Source of the DNA: Octopus bimaculoides
Lineage: Eukaryota
Length of the DNA stretch: 63,379 nt
Reading direction: 5' to 3'
NCBI RefSeq assembly: GCF_001194135.2
Contig: NC_068990.1
Span: forward strand, 67,767,371 to 67,830,749
Part shown: in pieces, positions 1 to 12,700 of the stretch
How the letters are laid out: every line of letters begins with the position of its first letter
Numbering within the stretch: the first letter of the stretch is position 1
Notes under the pieces: model-generated
Told to the model about the DNA's origin: nothing
Database searches by the model: none
The model's input: the letters and a program-made list of their open reading frames with translations, nothing else
Position numbers and translations under genes: made by a program

Positions 1-153
1 ACAAAAAAACAACAAAGTGAGGACGTGATATGGATAGTATTATTGGATGCTCAGGAAAGGAAAGAGAGAGTGTATGACGTTTCGGGCGTAGCCCTTCGTC
101 GGAAAGATGGAAAGTTCGGAGAATGGAAGAACGGAGAAAGAGGAAAATGGTAC
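1..153 (-). mobile_element. Penelope-like element 3' terminal (pseudo-LTR) fragment carrying a hammerhead-like motif
   Basis: Minus strand reads pyrimidine tract, CCGACGA-A-GGGC-TAC-GCCC-GAAACGTC, then a T-rich tail. Same layout as the tail at 16060-16161, which follows a GIY-YIG C-terminus. Confidence 0.6.
72..106 (-). ncRNA. Minimal type I hammerhead-like motif, CCGACGA core variant
   Basis: Core CCGACGA (U4C), perfect stem II GGGC/GCCC, GAAA, palindromic ACGU helix III, GUC site. Stem I is poorly paired in this copy. Confidence 0.5.
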
Positions 154-282
154 CGATGCCCACTATATATATGTGTGTGTGTGTGTATGTATATATGTAT
201 ATATATATATGTATATGTGTATGTATATGTGTATGTATATATATATGTATGCATATATATATGTATATATGTGTATATATAT

Positions 283-640
283 TCAGTAACAAATTTAGCT
301 GTGTGAATTGGTGTATTATCATCCTGAAAGATTGCGTTTCCCTCCGGAAACAGTTCCACAAACGTAGGATGAATTTGAGCAGATAAAATGCTTCAATAGT
401 CTTGACTATTAATTCTGCCATTTAGGGAAACCATTGAGCTGGCAGATTTCCAAGTTATAGCCCCCTAGATCATCACAGATCCTCCTCCATGTTTAACAGT
501 TGGTAGAAGGCAGTCTGGGCCAAATGCTCCTTTTGGCTGTCTCCACATGTATACTTGGCTAGTGGCTGGAAATAAGTTAAAGGATGACTTATCTGAGAAA
601 ATAACATTCTTCCACTGCTCTAGGGACCAATTCTGCAGAA
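283..640 (-). pseudogene. Tc1/mariner (DD34E-type) transposase fragment
   Basis: Minus-strand translation WSLEQWKNVIFSDKSSFNLFP...VYMWRQP...TVKHGGGSVMI*G...ELFPEGNAIFQDDNTPIHTAKFV contains the first two catalytic Asp motifs. It has internal stops and is cut by a (TA/TG)n tract. Confidence 0.9.
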
Positions 641-1436
641 GAGAGAAACTCTAAGAGAAAACCTGCAACACTGACAATATTCGATCATGTAGATTAATTC
701 TTCTTTTGAAGTTTATGTTGCTCATGTTCAGAGAGTGGGATTGGATTTGCGCAAATCCTTTCCTCACTATAAAAAATCATTTTGCTCATGCACTGCTTAA
801 AAAGAGTCAGACTTATCACAAAATGGCTGGTTGTAGCCTTCGCAAATGTGAGACTTTCAATCAGGCAATGGCAATACTCAAACACAAGTTTGCAGCCATC
901 ATATATATATCTAGTGAAAAGCTTTGATGGAGAAATTTTTTTCCCCTACGTAGTGGGTTGTAGAAGAAAATAAAATAAAAAGAAGGAAAATGCACAGAGT
1001 GTACATATTTTTTATAGGATAAAATATTTACATCGTTGACATTTTCCTAATTTGCATCTAAATTAATGAACAACTCCACATCATACAATGCAGAGTAGTT
1101 AAACAAAAATCTTTAAATAGTTAAATCAAAGGATATTAAAGTGAAGGCCCATGTACAGATGCGCATGCTGGCATCAATACCAACATGCATGCAAAACCAG
1201 ATGAGTGCATCCACATACCCACACATACAACTGTTTACTTGTGCATACCACCCCTTCCTACCTCCCCTCCAACAACCTAACCAATTTCCTGTCCACCATG
1301 CAGTGCTTTTCCAATGAACTGTCATCACTGATATATGGTTATACCAACATCAATCCATGACACCACACGATCTTCTTTAACCAATCACAGCCCATCTTCC
1401 AGTAATAACAATCAACTTCTTTAATTCAAATTCAAA

Positions 1437-1480
1437 ATGGCTGAAGATTAGCATCACGCTTGAAACTCTGTGAGTATCAA
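1437..1480 (+). ncRNA. Type I hammerhead-like motif with canonical CUGAAGA core
   Basis: CTGAAGA (1441-47), stem II AGC/GCT with loop ATCAC, GAAA (1462-65), stem III ACTC/GAGT with loop TGT, GUA site at 1476. Stem I is weak (TGG/TCA). Confidence 0.55.
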
Positions 1481-1572
1481 CGAATTTGAACCAAGCTCTT
1501 TTGATTCACACACATATATATAAAGGAATTAAATAATCCTTAATATTATCATTATTATATATATATATATAT

Positions 1573-1618
1573 ATAAATATATATATAACAATATATATAT
1601 TGTTATATATATATTTAT
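1573..1618. repeat. Perfect 46-bp AT-rich palindrome
   Basis: Paired base by base around 1595/1596. The interruptions AACA/TGTT and AAA/TTT are mirrored. Confidence 0.9.
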
Positions 1619-2289
1619 TTATATATATTTTTTATATATTTATGTTTATGCTTGCTTGTGTGTGGTCTACACTCTGTAGAAATTTACATATTTTCTTTTT
1701 TAGGAAGTATAGCCAACTTTCAGTCACAAAACTCTGTTCACATACCCACTAACATTCTCGTACCACTGTTATGTAATAAATGTAAAACTGTCCTCAGCAA
1801 CTGCTGTGATAACTTATACCATGTTTTATAGCTTGTGTCAGTTGTTTCAGCAGTGATTTTTCTGAGTGCTGTTACATGGATTGTGGGTGTATTAATATTG
1901 ATATGCGCTTCTTATATTGATGGCAGATATATGAATAATGGTTATTACAGAGATGAATTCATTCAAAGAGAGTGGTGATGGTGATTACAGCAATGTGCAT
2001 GTAATTTTTGTTATAGTTGAGAAAAACAATGAGTATGTGATTTCCCAGGGATAATTATTATGTAACATTATTAAGTAACATTATTAAATTACATCAAATT
2101 TCTCTGATAAAATTCAATGAAATATGAAAGGAAAAACTGGATAATGTTTTGTTGAAAAGATGACAAAAACATAATTGTACCATGTCTCTTTGTACATGAT
2201 GTGCATGCCTAGATGAGATATGATGTACATTATATGGGCATATATATGCCTATTGTGCATGTCATGATATGTGTGTCTATGTATGTGTT

Positions 2290-2333
<44 letters not shown>

Positions 2334-2537
2334 TATGGATGTATATGCATCTGCACATATAAAAATGCACATCAAAACACATTCATACATACATACATAC
2401 ATACATATGCATTCATGCATTCAGACATGCTTCCCAACTACATGGTTTCAGGCTCAGTTCCACTACATGCCATGTGTGGTAAATGTCTTTTATTACAACT
2501 CTAAGTTGATCAAAACATCAGTAGACAGTAACTGAGA

Positions 2538-2578
<41 letters not shown>

Positions 2579-2581
<3 letters not shown>

Positions 2582-3000
2582 TGCAGGAATGGCTGTGTCG
2601 TAAGAAGCTTGTTTCCCAACCACTTGGTTTCGGGTTCAGTCCCACTGCATGGTATTGCTTGAAAATGCATGGCATCCTGAGTGTCTTCTACTATAGCCTT
2701 GGGTTGACCAAAGCCTTGTGGGTGGATTTAGATGATGGAAACTGAGAGAATCCCATCGTATACACACACACACATGTGTGTGTGTGTGTGTGTGTGTGTG
2801 TTTGTGCATGTGTGTGTGTGTGTGTGTGTGTATCTTTGTGTCTATGTCTGTCCCCACCTCACTGCTTGACAACTGGTGTTGTGTGTTTATGTTCCTGTAA
2901 CTTAGTGTTTTGGCAAAAGAGACTGATAGCATAAGTACCAGGCCTAAAAAATAAGTGCTTGGGTTGATTCATTCAGCTAAACATTCAAGATGGTGCCTCA
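2579..3000 (+). mobile_element. SINE family A (tRNA-derived head, internal microsatellite, 3' body; octopus OK-like)
   Basis: Head GGTGCAGGAATGGCTGTG...GGTTCAGTCCC...GTGTCTTCTACTATAGCC, then (CA)/(TG)n, then a body with GATAGCATAAGTACC. Matches many other copies in the window. Confidence 0.85.
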
Positions 3001-3016
3001 TACATTAACATAATTT

Positions 3017-3830
3017 AATGTCCATATTCCAGCTGGTATGAACTGGATAGTTTGACACAATCTGACAGGATTTAGGACCATATCATGCTGTCTATGTGGT
3101 TTCTATGGCTGAATGGCCTCCTAATGCCAATCACTCCACACCATGTAGAAACTGCTTTTTTTATAGCACCAGCACTAGTGGAGTCTCCTGCAGTTTTCAA
3201 GATTATGAACCCTGAGAGAAGTGGCTTTATGGAAGGAGATGATCAGTTAAACATGAAAGACAGGTAAGAGCAGACTAAGTTTCTTGCTATAGCAGGGCTA
3301 CATGGCTACTCACACCTTACAAGAGAATGTGGTGGTGATCTGGGTGGTGCTGGAAAGATATAAGAATTGTGATGATGATGAGGTGTTCAGATGGATCCTC
3401 ATGATGAGGTGAATAGAAATGGGTGATGTTTAAAAGAAATGGGTGGGTATGTATGTGGTTGGAAGTTGCTAGAATGCTTGGGATAGCTGGGAGATGGGAA
3501 ATGAGCAAGATGTGAATATAGAAAATCAAGAACAAGTGTTGTATGTATAACAAGAAGGGAAGTTGGAGAAGAGTAGATGAGAACTGTAAAATCTAGATAG
3601 GGGTTAGGGGTTGATGTCATAAATAATAATAAGGGGTTGGGGTATGACCAATGGTGATGGAGTGGAAAGAGCAGTAGAATACTAATTATGCTTCAGTAGC
3701 CAAGGAAGGATGAGAAAGGGAATTAAAAGGGAGATAATGAGTAGTTGGGTTGTCCAAAAGAAAAGAGTGAGGAGGGGAACAGAGAAAAAAGCAGCATAAT
3801 ACAAGGAGGGAGTGATAGGTGTATTTTTTG
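3017..3830 (-). mobile_element. RTE LINE 3' UTR/tail fragment
   Basis: Reverse complement of the tail seen at 9540-9870, plus a long strand-biased UTR like 53090-53930. Confidence 0.55.
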
Positions 3831-3920
3831 TCGTCATCATTTAACAATCCTATTCCATGCTTGCATGGGTTGGATGATATATCTGTCTATCTATATATAT
3901 ATTAATATATATATATATAG

Positions 3921-3955
<35 letters not shown>

Positions 3956-5559
3956 CACACAAAATCTGAACTGATATTTATACTCATACACGAATATAGA
4001 CATGAATTCACAGGCTTAAAACACACATAAACACAAACACTACATTCAGATATCATTTCATTGAAAGCACAAAATTATATGTGGGAAACATAACTACACA
4101 TAACATTTTCTTTTATACCTTCACAACTCTTTGATTTTTGTCTTAAATAGTTTTGCTTATTATGTATTTTTATTGCTCAATGGCATTAGTTACCTCCTTT
4201 TTTAACTATATATTTTCATTTATTTATCATTTATTTCTTTCAAATTATCCTTTTTTTATGTAATATATCAGGTTACTCTACATATTCCTATTCGTCAATT
4301 TTGTCCCTTCTCCTACTGTTTTTTTCTCCCACATATTTTTTATTGGTTTTATATTTATTTGGAATTTGCATCTCTTCAAATAATTGCACTGTTTTGTATG
4401 CATACGCTGGTACAAATGCATTTCATTTTGTGAAATGCATAGAAAGCAAGCTGCCTTCTTATTTGGTTTGACATTACTTTGTTTAAAAAGGAAAACATAA
4501 TGAATGTAATATGTTGGAGAGGGGGGGGAGGTTAGGTGGGAAGATGAAACAATAACAACAGCTACTACAACGAAACATTTGAGAAAAAGCAAGATCAAAA
4601 CCAAATATATTAACAACCTAAAACTAATAACATCTAAATAACAGCTAGAATCATAAAAACAACAACAACAACAATAATAACAAAAATATTCAGGAATAAC
4701 AAATCCCTAAAAAAAAAATACATAATCATCCTCCTCTTTCTTTCTTCCTTCTTCCCCTTTGCTTGTTTCTCATCATCATCATCATCATCTTTATTACCAT
4801 CATCAACAATATAAAAAAACCCAAATGAAATGATCACACATAGAAAATGCAACGAAGCAAAGGCTAATAATGAAACTAATGAGAGATGTATACATACATA
4901 TATATATAAACATACATATATATGCACATGCAACAACAACATTATCACGGCAGCAGTGGCAGCAGTAGCAGTAGTAGAACCAATATCACTTGAAGAAACA
5001 AAAGCTTATTTTCATTGGATTTAGTTTCGCTAATTCTTTAATTTGTTTTCACTTCTCATTCCTTTCTGTTCCTGCTTTTGCTATTTTTGTATTTTTAAAA
5101 TTTACTTTTGTTATTTACTGACTTTTACAGATTTTGTTGTTTGTTTTCGGTTATTTGTTTTTTTTTTTTGTGGGGGGTGGGGTGGGGGTAAAAAAATAAT
5201 GGTATTGCTGAACTCTCTTCAAGCCTTGATCCCTAAAAACTGCAACTGCTGGTCCAAATGCATTATGGTAAACTTCAGCTGTATGCTAATCAACTAGTCT
5301 TTTGCAATACACACAGATATTTATGCTTGTGTTTCATATATATTAGTTGAAAGTTTCAAATAATAAAATGGTTGATTCCCAGCTAGTGATTCTGAAATAC
5401 ACCTACCCACCTTCAGCCCCACCACATGAGTGTGTGTGTGTGTGTGTGAGAGAGAGGATTTGTGAGAGAGAGAGAGAGAGAAGGCAGGAGGTGGTTTTAT
5501 GCCTGGTGAAGACTGAAGTATGAGAGAAGGATTTGTATAGGTGTCTTGTTATAGAATGT

Positions 5560-5815
5560 AGAGGCATGTGGCTTAGGGGTTAGGGTCTTGAACTCATGAT
5601 CATAAATTTGTGATTTCAATACCTGGACTGGGTAATGTGTAGTATTCTTGAGCAAGACATTTCATTTCACTTTGCTCCAGTCCACTCAGCTGGCAAAAAT
5701 AAGTAAACCTATGTTGGACCAGAGTCCCATCCAGGTGGGGAGTATATAAGCCATGGAAACAGGGAAAACAGCTTTATGAGTCTATATGGTTCAGGAAGGG
5801 ATTTTACTTGCTCTA
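5560..5815 (+). mobile_element. SINE family C (tRNA-like head, TTCTTGAGCAAGACA core)
   Basis: A/B-box-like head TGGCTTAGGGGTTAG...TTCAATACC and CCAGTCCACTCAGCTGGCAAAAAT. Homologous to 34090-34345 and 59355-59520. Confidence 0.8.
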
Positions 5816-6039
5816 CTTGTTATTGAGGAAACACATAACTACTCCACATTATGTGAGGGTGGTTGAGACTTGTTGGAAGGTAGATAATGATGGTGGTGAC
5901 AAAGTGCTAGAGTGTACTTTTGAGATACAATAAGGTGAATAGAAAAGATAATATACGGAGTAGATAATGGGAGGAGAAGGAAAATGTGGGTAATTTCATA
6001 AAATAGTGAGTGAGAGGTTACAAAGTGATCATCACTAAG

Positions 6040-6245
6040 GTTGATGCCATAGAAAAGGCATCCATTCTGTATATTTTCTTAACTGGTTGATGCTAGGAAG
6101 AACATCCAGCTGTAGAAATTACACTGAAGTGGACATTGATGTAAGAGGCAATCCTCCAACTTGTCACTCCTTTACAAACTAGTCAACCTGTTTTAGAATA
6201 GAAGCTGGATGTTAAATGATGATGATAATGATGACAATGATGATA
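6040..6245 (+). mobile_element. RTE-tail short element
   Basis: AGGAAGAACATCCAGCTGTAGAAA...GATGTTAAATGATGATGAT tail. Confidence 0.65.
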
Positions 6246-7117
6246 TTAGTGTTGATGATGAAATTACATAAAATGACTTAAAGTGTTTTCAAATAAAAAG
6301 TGAAAATAGAAAAAAATTGATGTTTAGCTGAAGTAACAACGTAATAGACTCGCCTCAACTTTACACCAACTCCAGATTTCCTCTACTCTTAATTTCTTCT
6401 TAGACTCATCATATTGTTTCTTTTCTACGTCTTCCATCGGACTTCTCAACTTCACTTTACTTTATGTATATCTGTGTGTATGTGTGTAAAGCATATGAAG
6501 GCATAGATGTATGTATGCAAAAATGTGAATATGTATGTGTATGCACAAATGTTAATTGCACATATATATACATGGAAGCTCTAACCATCTGCAGAATATA
6601 ATAAATGTTTCATGAGCCAGTCATAACCATTCTCAGCTTTGTCTGTTCATATTGAAAAATGGTCTTTAAGAATGTAATAAAAGAATTTACGATGGCTTAA
6701 ATGAATTCCAGTTGATGAGAGGACATTGAAACTTATCAAGTAAAGATATAACAATTTCATCTGAGAACAAGAGCCAGATGGACAATAGAAATTAAAGTGA
6801 CAGAATTTCTTACATTTTTGACATGGTATTTTATTCGTGCAAAGACGTAAACTTGTTTTCAAACATATTATATTCCAATAAAGAGAAAATAATTTCTGTC
6901 TTTTACAATATTTCATTCACGTTTGTTTTTATTCTAGTAGACCAAATAAATTCTATCAAGGTGCACAATTCAAATTTAATTGATTTTAAGTTCTTAAGTT
7001 ATTCCCATTTCTATAATTGCTGTTCAAGATAGCTAGTTTTATTTATTTGTCTAGGAAATAACACCTATTATCATCTGCTGCTTTTTAATAATAATAATAA
7101 TTATTATTATTATTAAT

Positions 7118-7335
7118 ATCAAGGTTGCGAGCTGGCAGAATCGTTAGCATGCCAGGTGAAATGCTTAACAGTATTTTGACTGTCGCTATTCTGAGTTCAA
7201 ATTCCACTGAGGTCAATTTTGTCTTTCATCTTTACGGGATTGATAAATTAAGTACCAGTGAAACACTGGGGTCACTGAAATCAGCTTATCCCTTCCCCAC
7301 AAATTTCAGGCCTTGTGCTTTTGGTAGAAATTATA
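7118..7335 (+). mobile_element. SINE family B (GAGCTGGCAGAATCGTTAGC head; octopus OR-like), copy 1 of a tandem triplet
   Basis: Head, TTCTGAGTTCAAATTCC B-box, GATAAATTAAGTACCAG core, (TAT)n tail. Confidence 0.85.
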
Positions 7336-7348
7336 ATTATTGTTATTA

Positions 7349-7545
7349 AGGCAGCAAGCTAGCAGAATTGTTAGCATGCCAGGTGAAATGTTTTACAGTA
7401 TTTTGTTTGTGTCTATGTACTGAGTTCAAATTCCACCTTTTGGTGGGTTGATAAATTAAGTACCAGTGAAACAATGGGATTGATGTCATCAACTTAGCCA
7501 CTGCCCCCAAATTTCAGGCCTTGTGCCTTTAGTAGAAAGGATTAT
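7349..7545 (+). mobile_element. SINE family B, copy 2 of the triplet
   Basis: Same motifs as 7118-7335. Confidence 0.85.
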
Positions 7546-7564
7546 TATTGTTGTTGTTGTTACT

Positions 7565-7790
7565 GAAGGCAACAACTGGCAGAATCAGTAAGCACATCAG
7601 ACAAAATGCCTAGTGGCATTTCTCCTGTTTTTATATTCTGAGTTCAAATTCCACTAAGGTTGATATCAACTTCCATCCTTTTGAGATAAAAAAAATAATA
7701 AGTACTAGTTGAGTAGTAGGGTCAATGTAATTGACTTACTCCCTCCCACCAAAATTTCAGGTCTTGTGCCAATAGTAGAAATAATAATAA
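7565..7790 (+). mobile_element. SINE family B, copy 3 of the triplet
   Basis: Same motifs as 7118-7335. Confidence 0.8.
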
Positions 7791-7839
7791 TAATCATTAC
7801 TATCATTCACATAAGAGATAGGGCAATTAAGGATATGAA

Positions 7840-9870
7840 GTTTGGGAAAACCCCTGCAAAGATGATTAAAATATCTGGCAGTGTGGGATACAGCCTAGTC
7901 ACTCAAATAGCTAATCAGGTTATTTAGGAAGGTGTCATCCTCAAAGAATGGTGTAGCTTTTATTATATTTAGCTGCTACAAGGGTATAGGTGAAGCCTTA
8001 GAATTAAACAAGATTAGATGCAATTTGGTTTTGTTCCTGGGAGAAGTACCACAGATGCCATCTTCCTAGTGAGACAGTTGGAAGAAAAATATTTGCCCAG
8101 AAGTAAACCATTGTACTTATCTTTTGTTGACCTGGAGAAAGATTTCAACAGGGTTCCCCACTTTTATCTAGTGGTCTCTAAGGAAGCTAGGGGTAGAAGA
8201 CTGACTTGTTAGAGCCATATAAGCCATGTACAGTGATGCTGTTAGTAAGGTGAGAGTCAGCTTTGAATGCAGTGATGAATTTAACATTTAAGCTGGAGTA
8301 CACCAGGGATCAGTTCTTAGTCCACTGTTATTCATCATAGTTCTCCAGACCATAACAGAGGAATTCAAAACTGGATGCCCATGGAAACTGCTATATGCTG
8401 ATGGCCTCGATCTTATTGCAGAATCTGAAGCAGAACTGGAGAAGTTCCATGTTTGGAAGCAAAACCTGGGATCAAAGGGCCTTAAAGTTAACCTAGCAAA
8501 GACTAAAGATGTTGTTGTTAGCAAGAAAGCAGATAAGACTCTCTTTCCATCAGGTAAATGGCCCTGCTCTATATGCAGGAACGGAATGGGAAGTAATTCG
8601 ATTTGCAGCACCCAATGTAAGCTATCGATGCATAAGAGATGCAATAGAATCACAGATAGGTTAACAGATAAGGTCGCCTTCATGTACTAATAGCACAGGG
8701 GAGTTAGACTCTCTCAAATGCTCAGGAGGCTCTCTTGAGGCAGTAGATAGCTTCTGCTACTCAGGTGACCAAATTAGTAACAGTGATGGATGCTCTGAAA
8801 GTATTGTTTCTAGAATAAGAATAGGATGGAGGAAGTTCAGAGAACTTATACCTCTGTTGGTAACAAAAGGACTGTCTCTCAGAGTGAAAGGTAGATTGTA
8901 TGATGCTTATGTATGAACAGCTATACTCCATGGCTCTGAATGTGAAGGACATGCATAAACTGGAAAGGAATGATGGTAGCATGCTCCATTGGATTTGCAA
9001 CATCAGAATGCATGACCAATAAAGTGCAACTGTGTTAAGAGAATAGTTAGGCATAAGAGGACTTAATTGTGGCATGCAGGAGAGGAGAATGCATTGGTTT
9101 GGACATGTGATGTGTATGAGTAAAGACAGCTGTATACAGAAGTGCTGCTCACTGTAAGTGGGTGGTACCTGGGGAAGTAGGGAACCCAAGAGGACATGGG
9201 ATGAAGCGGTGAAGATTGATCTCAGGACGTTGGGGCTCATGGAGGATATGACAATCAACCAAGATGTTTGGTGATATGAGATTCTAGAGAAGACCCACCC
9301 ATGTCAGTGAAACTGAGTGCTAGAAACGTTATGTCCCACCTACATGTAAAGCAAACTTTTCACACACCCTATCTCAAAAAACTGAACTACGTCTCTGCTT
9401 TTAAACTGCATATTTCTCTTCCTCACATTTCCTCTTCATACATTATGATTGTCTCCCATTCCCCTTCCCTGCCCTTACACTCCTGCTCACTAACCTTTCA
9501 TCACCTGATACAAGAACCTTTCTTCCAATGCCCTTGCTCCTCTTAAAATTCCTTGTCTTGCAAGTTACCTGCTAACCTTGCTGATGCTGTTGCAACGTAA
9601 AAAGCATCCAGTTCACATTGTAAAGTGGTTGGCATTTGGAAGGGCATCCAGCTGTAAAAATCATGCCAAAACTGACCTTGCCTGTGCTGGTGCCATATAA
9701 AAAGCAATAAGTCCACTCTGCAGAAAGGTTGGTGTTAGGAAGGGCATCCAGCCATAAAACCTTGTCAAAACAGAGATAGTAGCTTGAGGTAGTCTACCTG
9801 GCCATCTCCTGTCAAACCGTCCAATTCATGCATACATGGAAGCCAGACATTGAACAATGATGATGATGAA
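7840..9870 (+). mobile_element. 5'-truncated RTE-clade LINE (dead RT plus 3' UTR)
   Basis: MQFGFVPGRSTTDAIFLVRQLEEKY...FVDLEKDFNRVP; GVHQGSVLSPLLFIIV; LLYADGLDLIA (YADD changed to YADG); a Cys/His finger; frameshifts and stops; 3' tail ending in (GAT)n at about 9870. Confidence 0.92.
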
Positions 9871-10239
9871 ATCGTATCAGGATTAAGTTTATGGTTTCTC
9901 TAACATAAATCGTCCATTAACTTTCTAAAACAAATAGTTATGAAGATATTTTTTAACAATGTGTTATTTGGTCGCATTAATAAACATGAAAATATACATA
10001 AACCCACAAACATATTTATGTAAACCTTGCTTTGATTGAGGTTATACAATCTGAGATATTCATATCTGTGTCAGAACCAGTATTTTCAGAACAGTGGTTT
10101 GTCTAATTGTTATTGCAGTATTCTACCAATCAGATCAGAAGTGGCCTATTTTCTCTTGGTATATAGAAAATAAAAGGCAAAACTATAATGTAATTCATCA
10201 TTGTTGTTATTCTTAAGAACATTATTTTAATTTCCTACA

Positions 10240-12700
10240 TTATCATTGCCGTGCATAAGTAGAAGTCTGGAATACAAATGAAATGTGAAAGGAAAGCAAG
10301 AGATGAAATGCAAACACAATGAAGAAAGATCATTACTTGCAAAACGCTAAATGATGAATATTTATCAGCAGAAGCTGAATTAACTTCTCAAACTGACAAC
10401 ACAACAAGTTTATCAAAATCCGAAATCTCAAAGTGAAACTCTTGGTCATGACCCATTTATAGTGCTCAAAAGTCATCACATTTCAAAGCAAATAGAATAC
10501 CACTATCCATTGGAAAAGAAAACATTAATAACATATGGTAAAGATTTGATATTGAAATTTAATATAAAAATTGTACAGAAAACATTGAAGAATGTGTACA
10601 GAGATGACATATTTCTTCATCCAAAACGTTTTCAATTTGTCACAAGGTCATTCTGAAATATTCTCTGTAAGATTAAAGACAAATATACTTAACAATAATA
10701 GTTGATGCAACACCTGATTCCACACATTTTGAATAGACAATGTTTATCATACATCACCTTCAAACCTTAGATTTTGAATTCAAGATTCATATGAAATTTT
10801 TCTTTCAAAGACTGCAGTGAGAAAGCAGGTTTTGAGACTGCAAACTTAATAAAGGAAACAAGATGGTGGTAGTGGTGGTGGTAGGGTCAAAGATGGGACA
10901 ATGGTGCCAATATGGCAGTCAAATACAGGATTTTACTGTAAAACAGGATATTACTTAAAGGAAATCCTTTTATAATTTTCGTACCATGTTGATGCCATAC
11001 AATGAATCGATGACACATATACAGCAGTACGTTGCGCCAAATTACTTTTTCACCTTCTTCAGAACTAATGCAAATATTCATAACAGTTCTTCATATATTT
11101 CAAAAAGATGGTAAATTTTTCTCACACCCAATGGCTATTAATTACTACTCAGTGGTCAATCAGAATTGATAGAGTGAAATAATTTCCACAAAGTCTAAAT
11201 GGTATCAAATTGGCCCAGCATTATGGCAAATTCAATTCATGGCATCAACATGGCAAGAAATTTGAGAAAAGATTTCAAGAAATTCATGAAAAGATTTCCT
11301 TTAAATAATATTCTTTTTAATCCTTTGTATTAGACTGCCTTATTTGTACTATTGTCCTGTCTTTGACCCCCTTTCCGTTATAAAGTTTGTAATCTCAGAG
11401 CCTGTTTTGAAAGATAGAAATCACATTTGAACCTTAACGTTAAAATCTATAGTTTGAAGATGATATATGATAAATGTTGTCTATTCAACAAGCGTGGAAT
11501 CAGTTGTTGCACAGATTATAAATGAAAAGTATTTTGTCTTTGAACTTCCAGAGAATATATTTCAGCATAATATGAGGACAAAGATTGGAAATGATTTGGA
11601 TAAAGGAATATATCATTTCTGTAGACATTTTTCAATGTTTTCTGCATTACTTTACATTAAATTTCCAGTCTCAAATCCATGCCAGATTGGTCCTGCAGTA
11701 TATTCTGGAACTTAATCTGATACCAAAGACCAAAATTTAAGTAACAGGAGCAATTAATTAAATAGATGTCTTCATTGAAATTCATATTCATGTCATCCAT
11801 ATGGTCTGGAATTCTTGCTCTCAGAAATATTTGTAGTATGGCATCACAAACAAGAGTCAGCACTGTTGAGACAGAAGGAGCAATATCAAAATACAGGGTA
11901 TGGCAAAAAAAAAAGTCCTCCCACATTTTACTGGTTGACAAATGATTCTGCAGAACAAATTCACAGTGAGGACTGATTCAAACTATGATTATAATTAAAA
12001 AGAAAAAAAAAAAAATAGTAGCTATATGAAGGTACAATTACCACCTGCTGCCTACTTTTACTAGCATCACAAATGGCTGTGTAAAATATGGAAGATTTAT
12101 CTGTTCCACTTACTCTGTACTAATCAAAAAACTGCAGAAGCTGTGCAATCATTTTAATAGCACTCTGCTGACAGAAGGAAAACATGTCATTAACCATTCG
12201 TAAATCGAAATTAAACTCCAAGCAAACAGAGAAAATGAAAGAAGTTTTTTTTATGAGAATTGGTCAAAAGATGAAGACCAAACAAAGGATCCTGACATAT
12301 GGGGAGAGAATAATTTATTTTGGACATCTATGTTTTCCTTTGCGTATCATTGTTGATTTTCACTAGTGGGCTAATGGAATGATTTGATGCTGCAAAGAAA
12401 ATTGTGTTTTTATTCCGCTGACAACACCTGTCTATCTTGATAAAACTTTTGACCACAAAATATGTGTCATTTGCAGAAATTTACAATACTGATGTGAAAA
12501 TGGCAAAGAACTTTCAGATGATTTAAGCAACATAAAATGACATAAAAAAACTATGATGCACCATGGTGGCTTTGCAGGACTATAATTTAAATCCATTGAT
12601 TTACTCAATAAAACATACAACTACATGTTCAAAATCATGGAAACATCATCCTCAATCTTTGTCCATCACTCTAGATTTTCTTTTAATAATGTCTGAAATA
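10240..12700 (+). pseudogene. Heavily decayed hAT-superfamily transposase
   Basis: IIVDATPDSTHFE* (about 10695-10736) and GQRWDNGANMAVKY (about 10885-10926) match hAT catalytic-region motifs. Also KRW near 11105 and a weak dimerisation-domain-like PQSLSITLDFLL near 12650. TIRs not found. Confidence 0.75.

Noticed and set aside
706-927. 73-aa ORF with a faint MULE-like HFAHALLKK
   Set aside because: A single weak motif with no supporting context.
6691-6760. 70-nt minus-strand exon candidate (EIVISLLDKFQCPLINWNSFKP)
   Set aside because: Weak donor, no partner exon and no recognisable homology; expected by chance.
7118-7790. Regular repeat-spacer look resembling a CRISPR array
   Set aside because: The units are about 210-bp SINEs with microsatellite tails in eukaryotic DNA, with no cas genes.
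8288-9258. Minus-strand ORFs of 131 aa and 165 aa
   Set aside because: Antisense shadows of the RTE RT.
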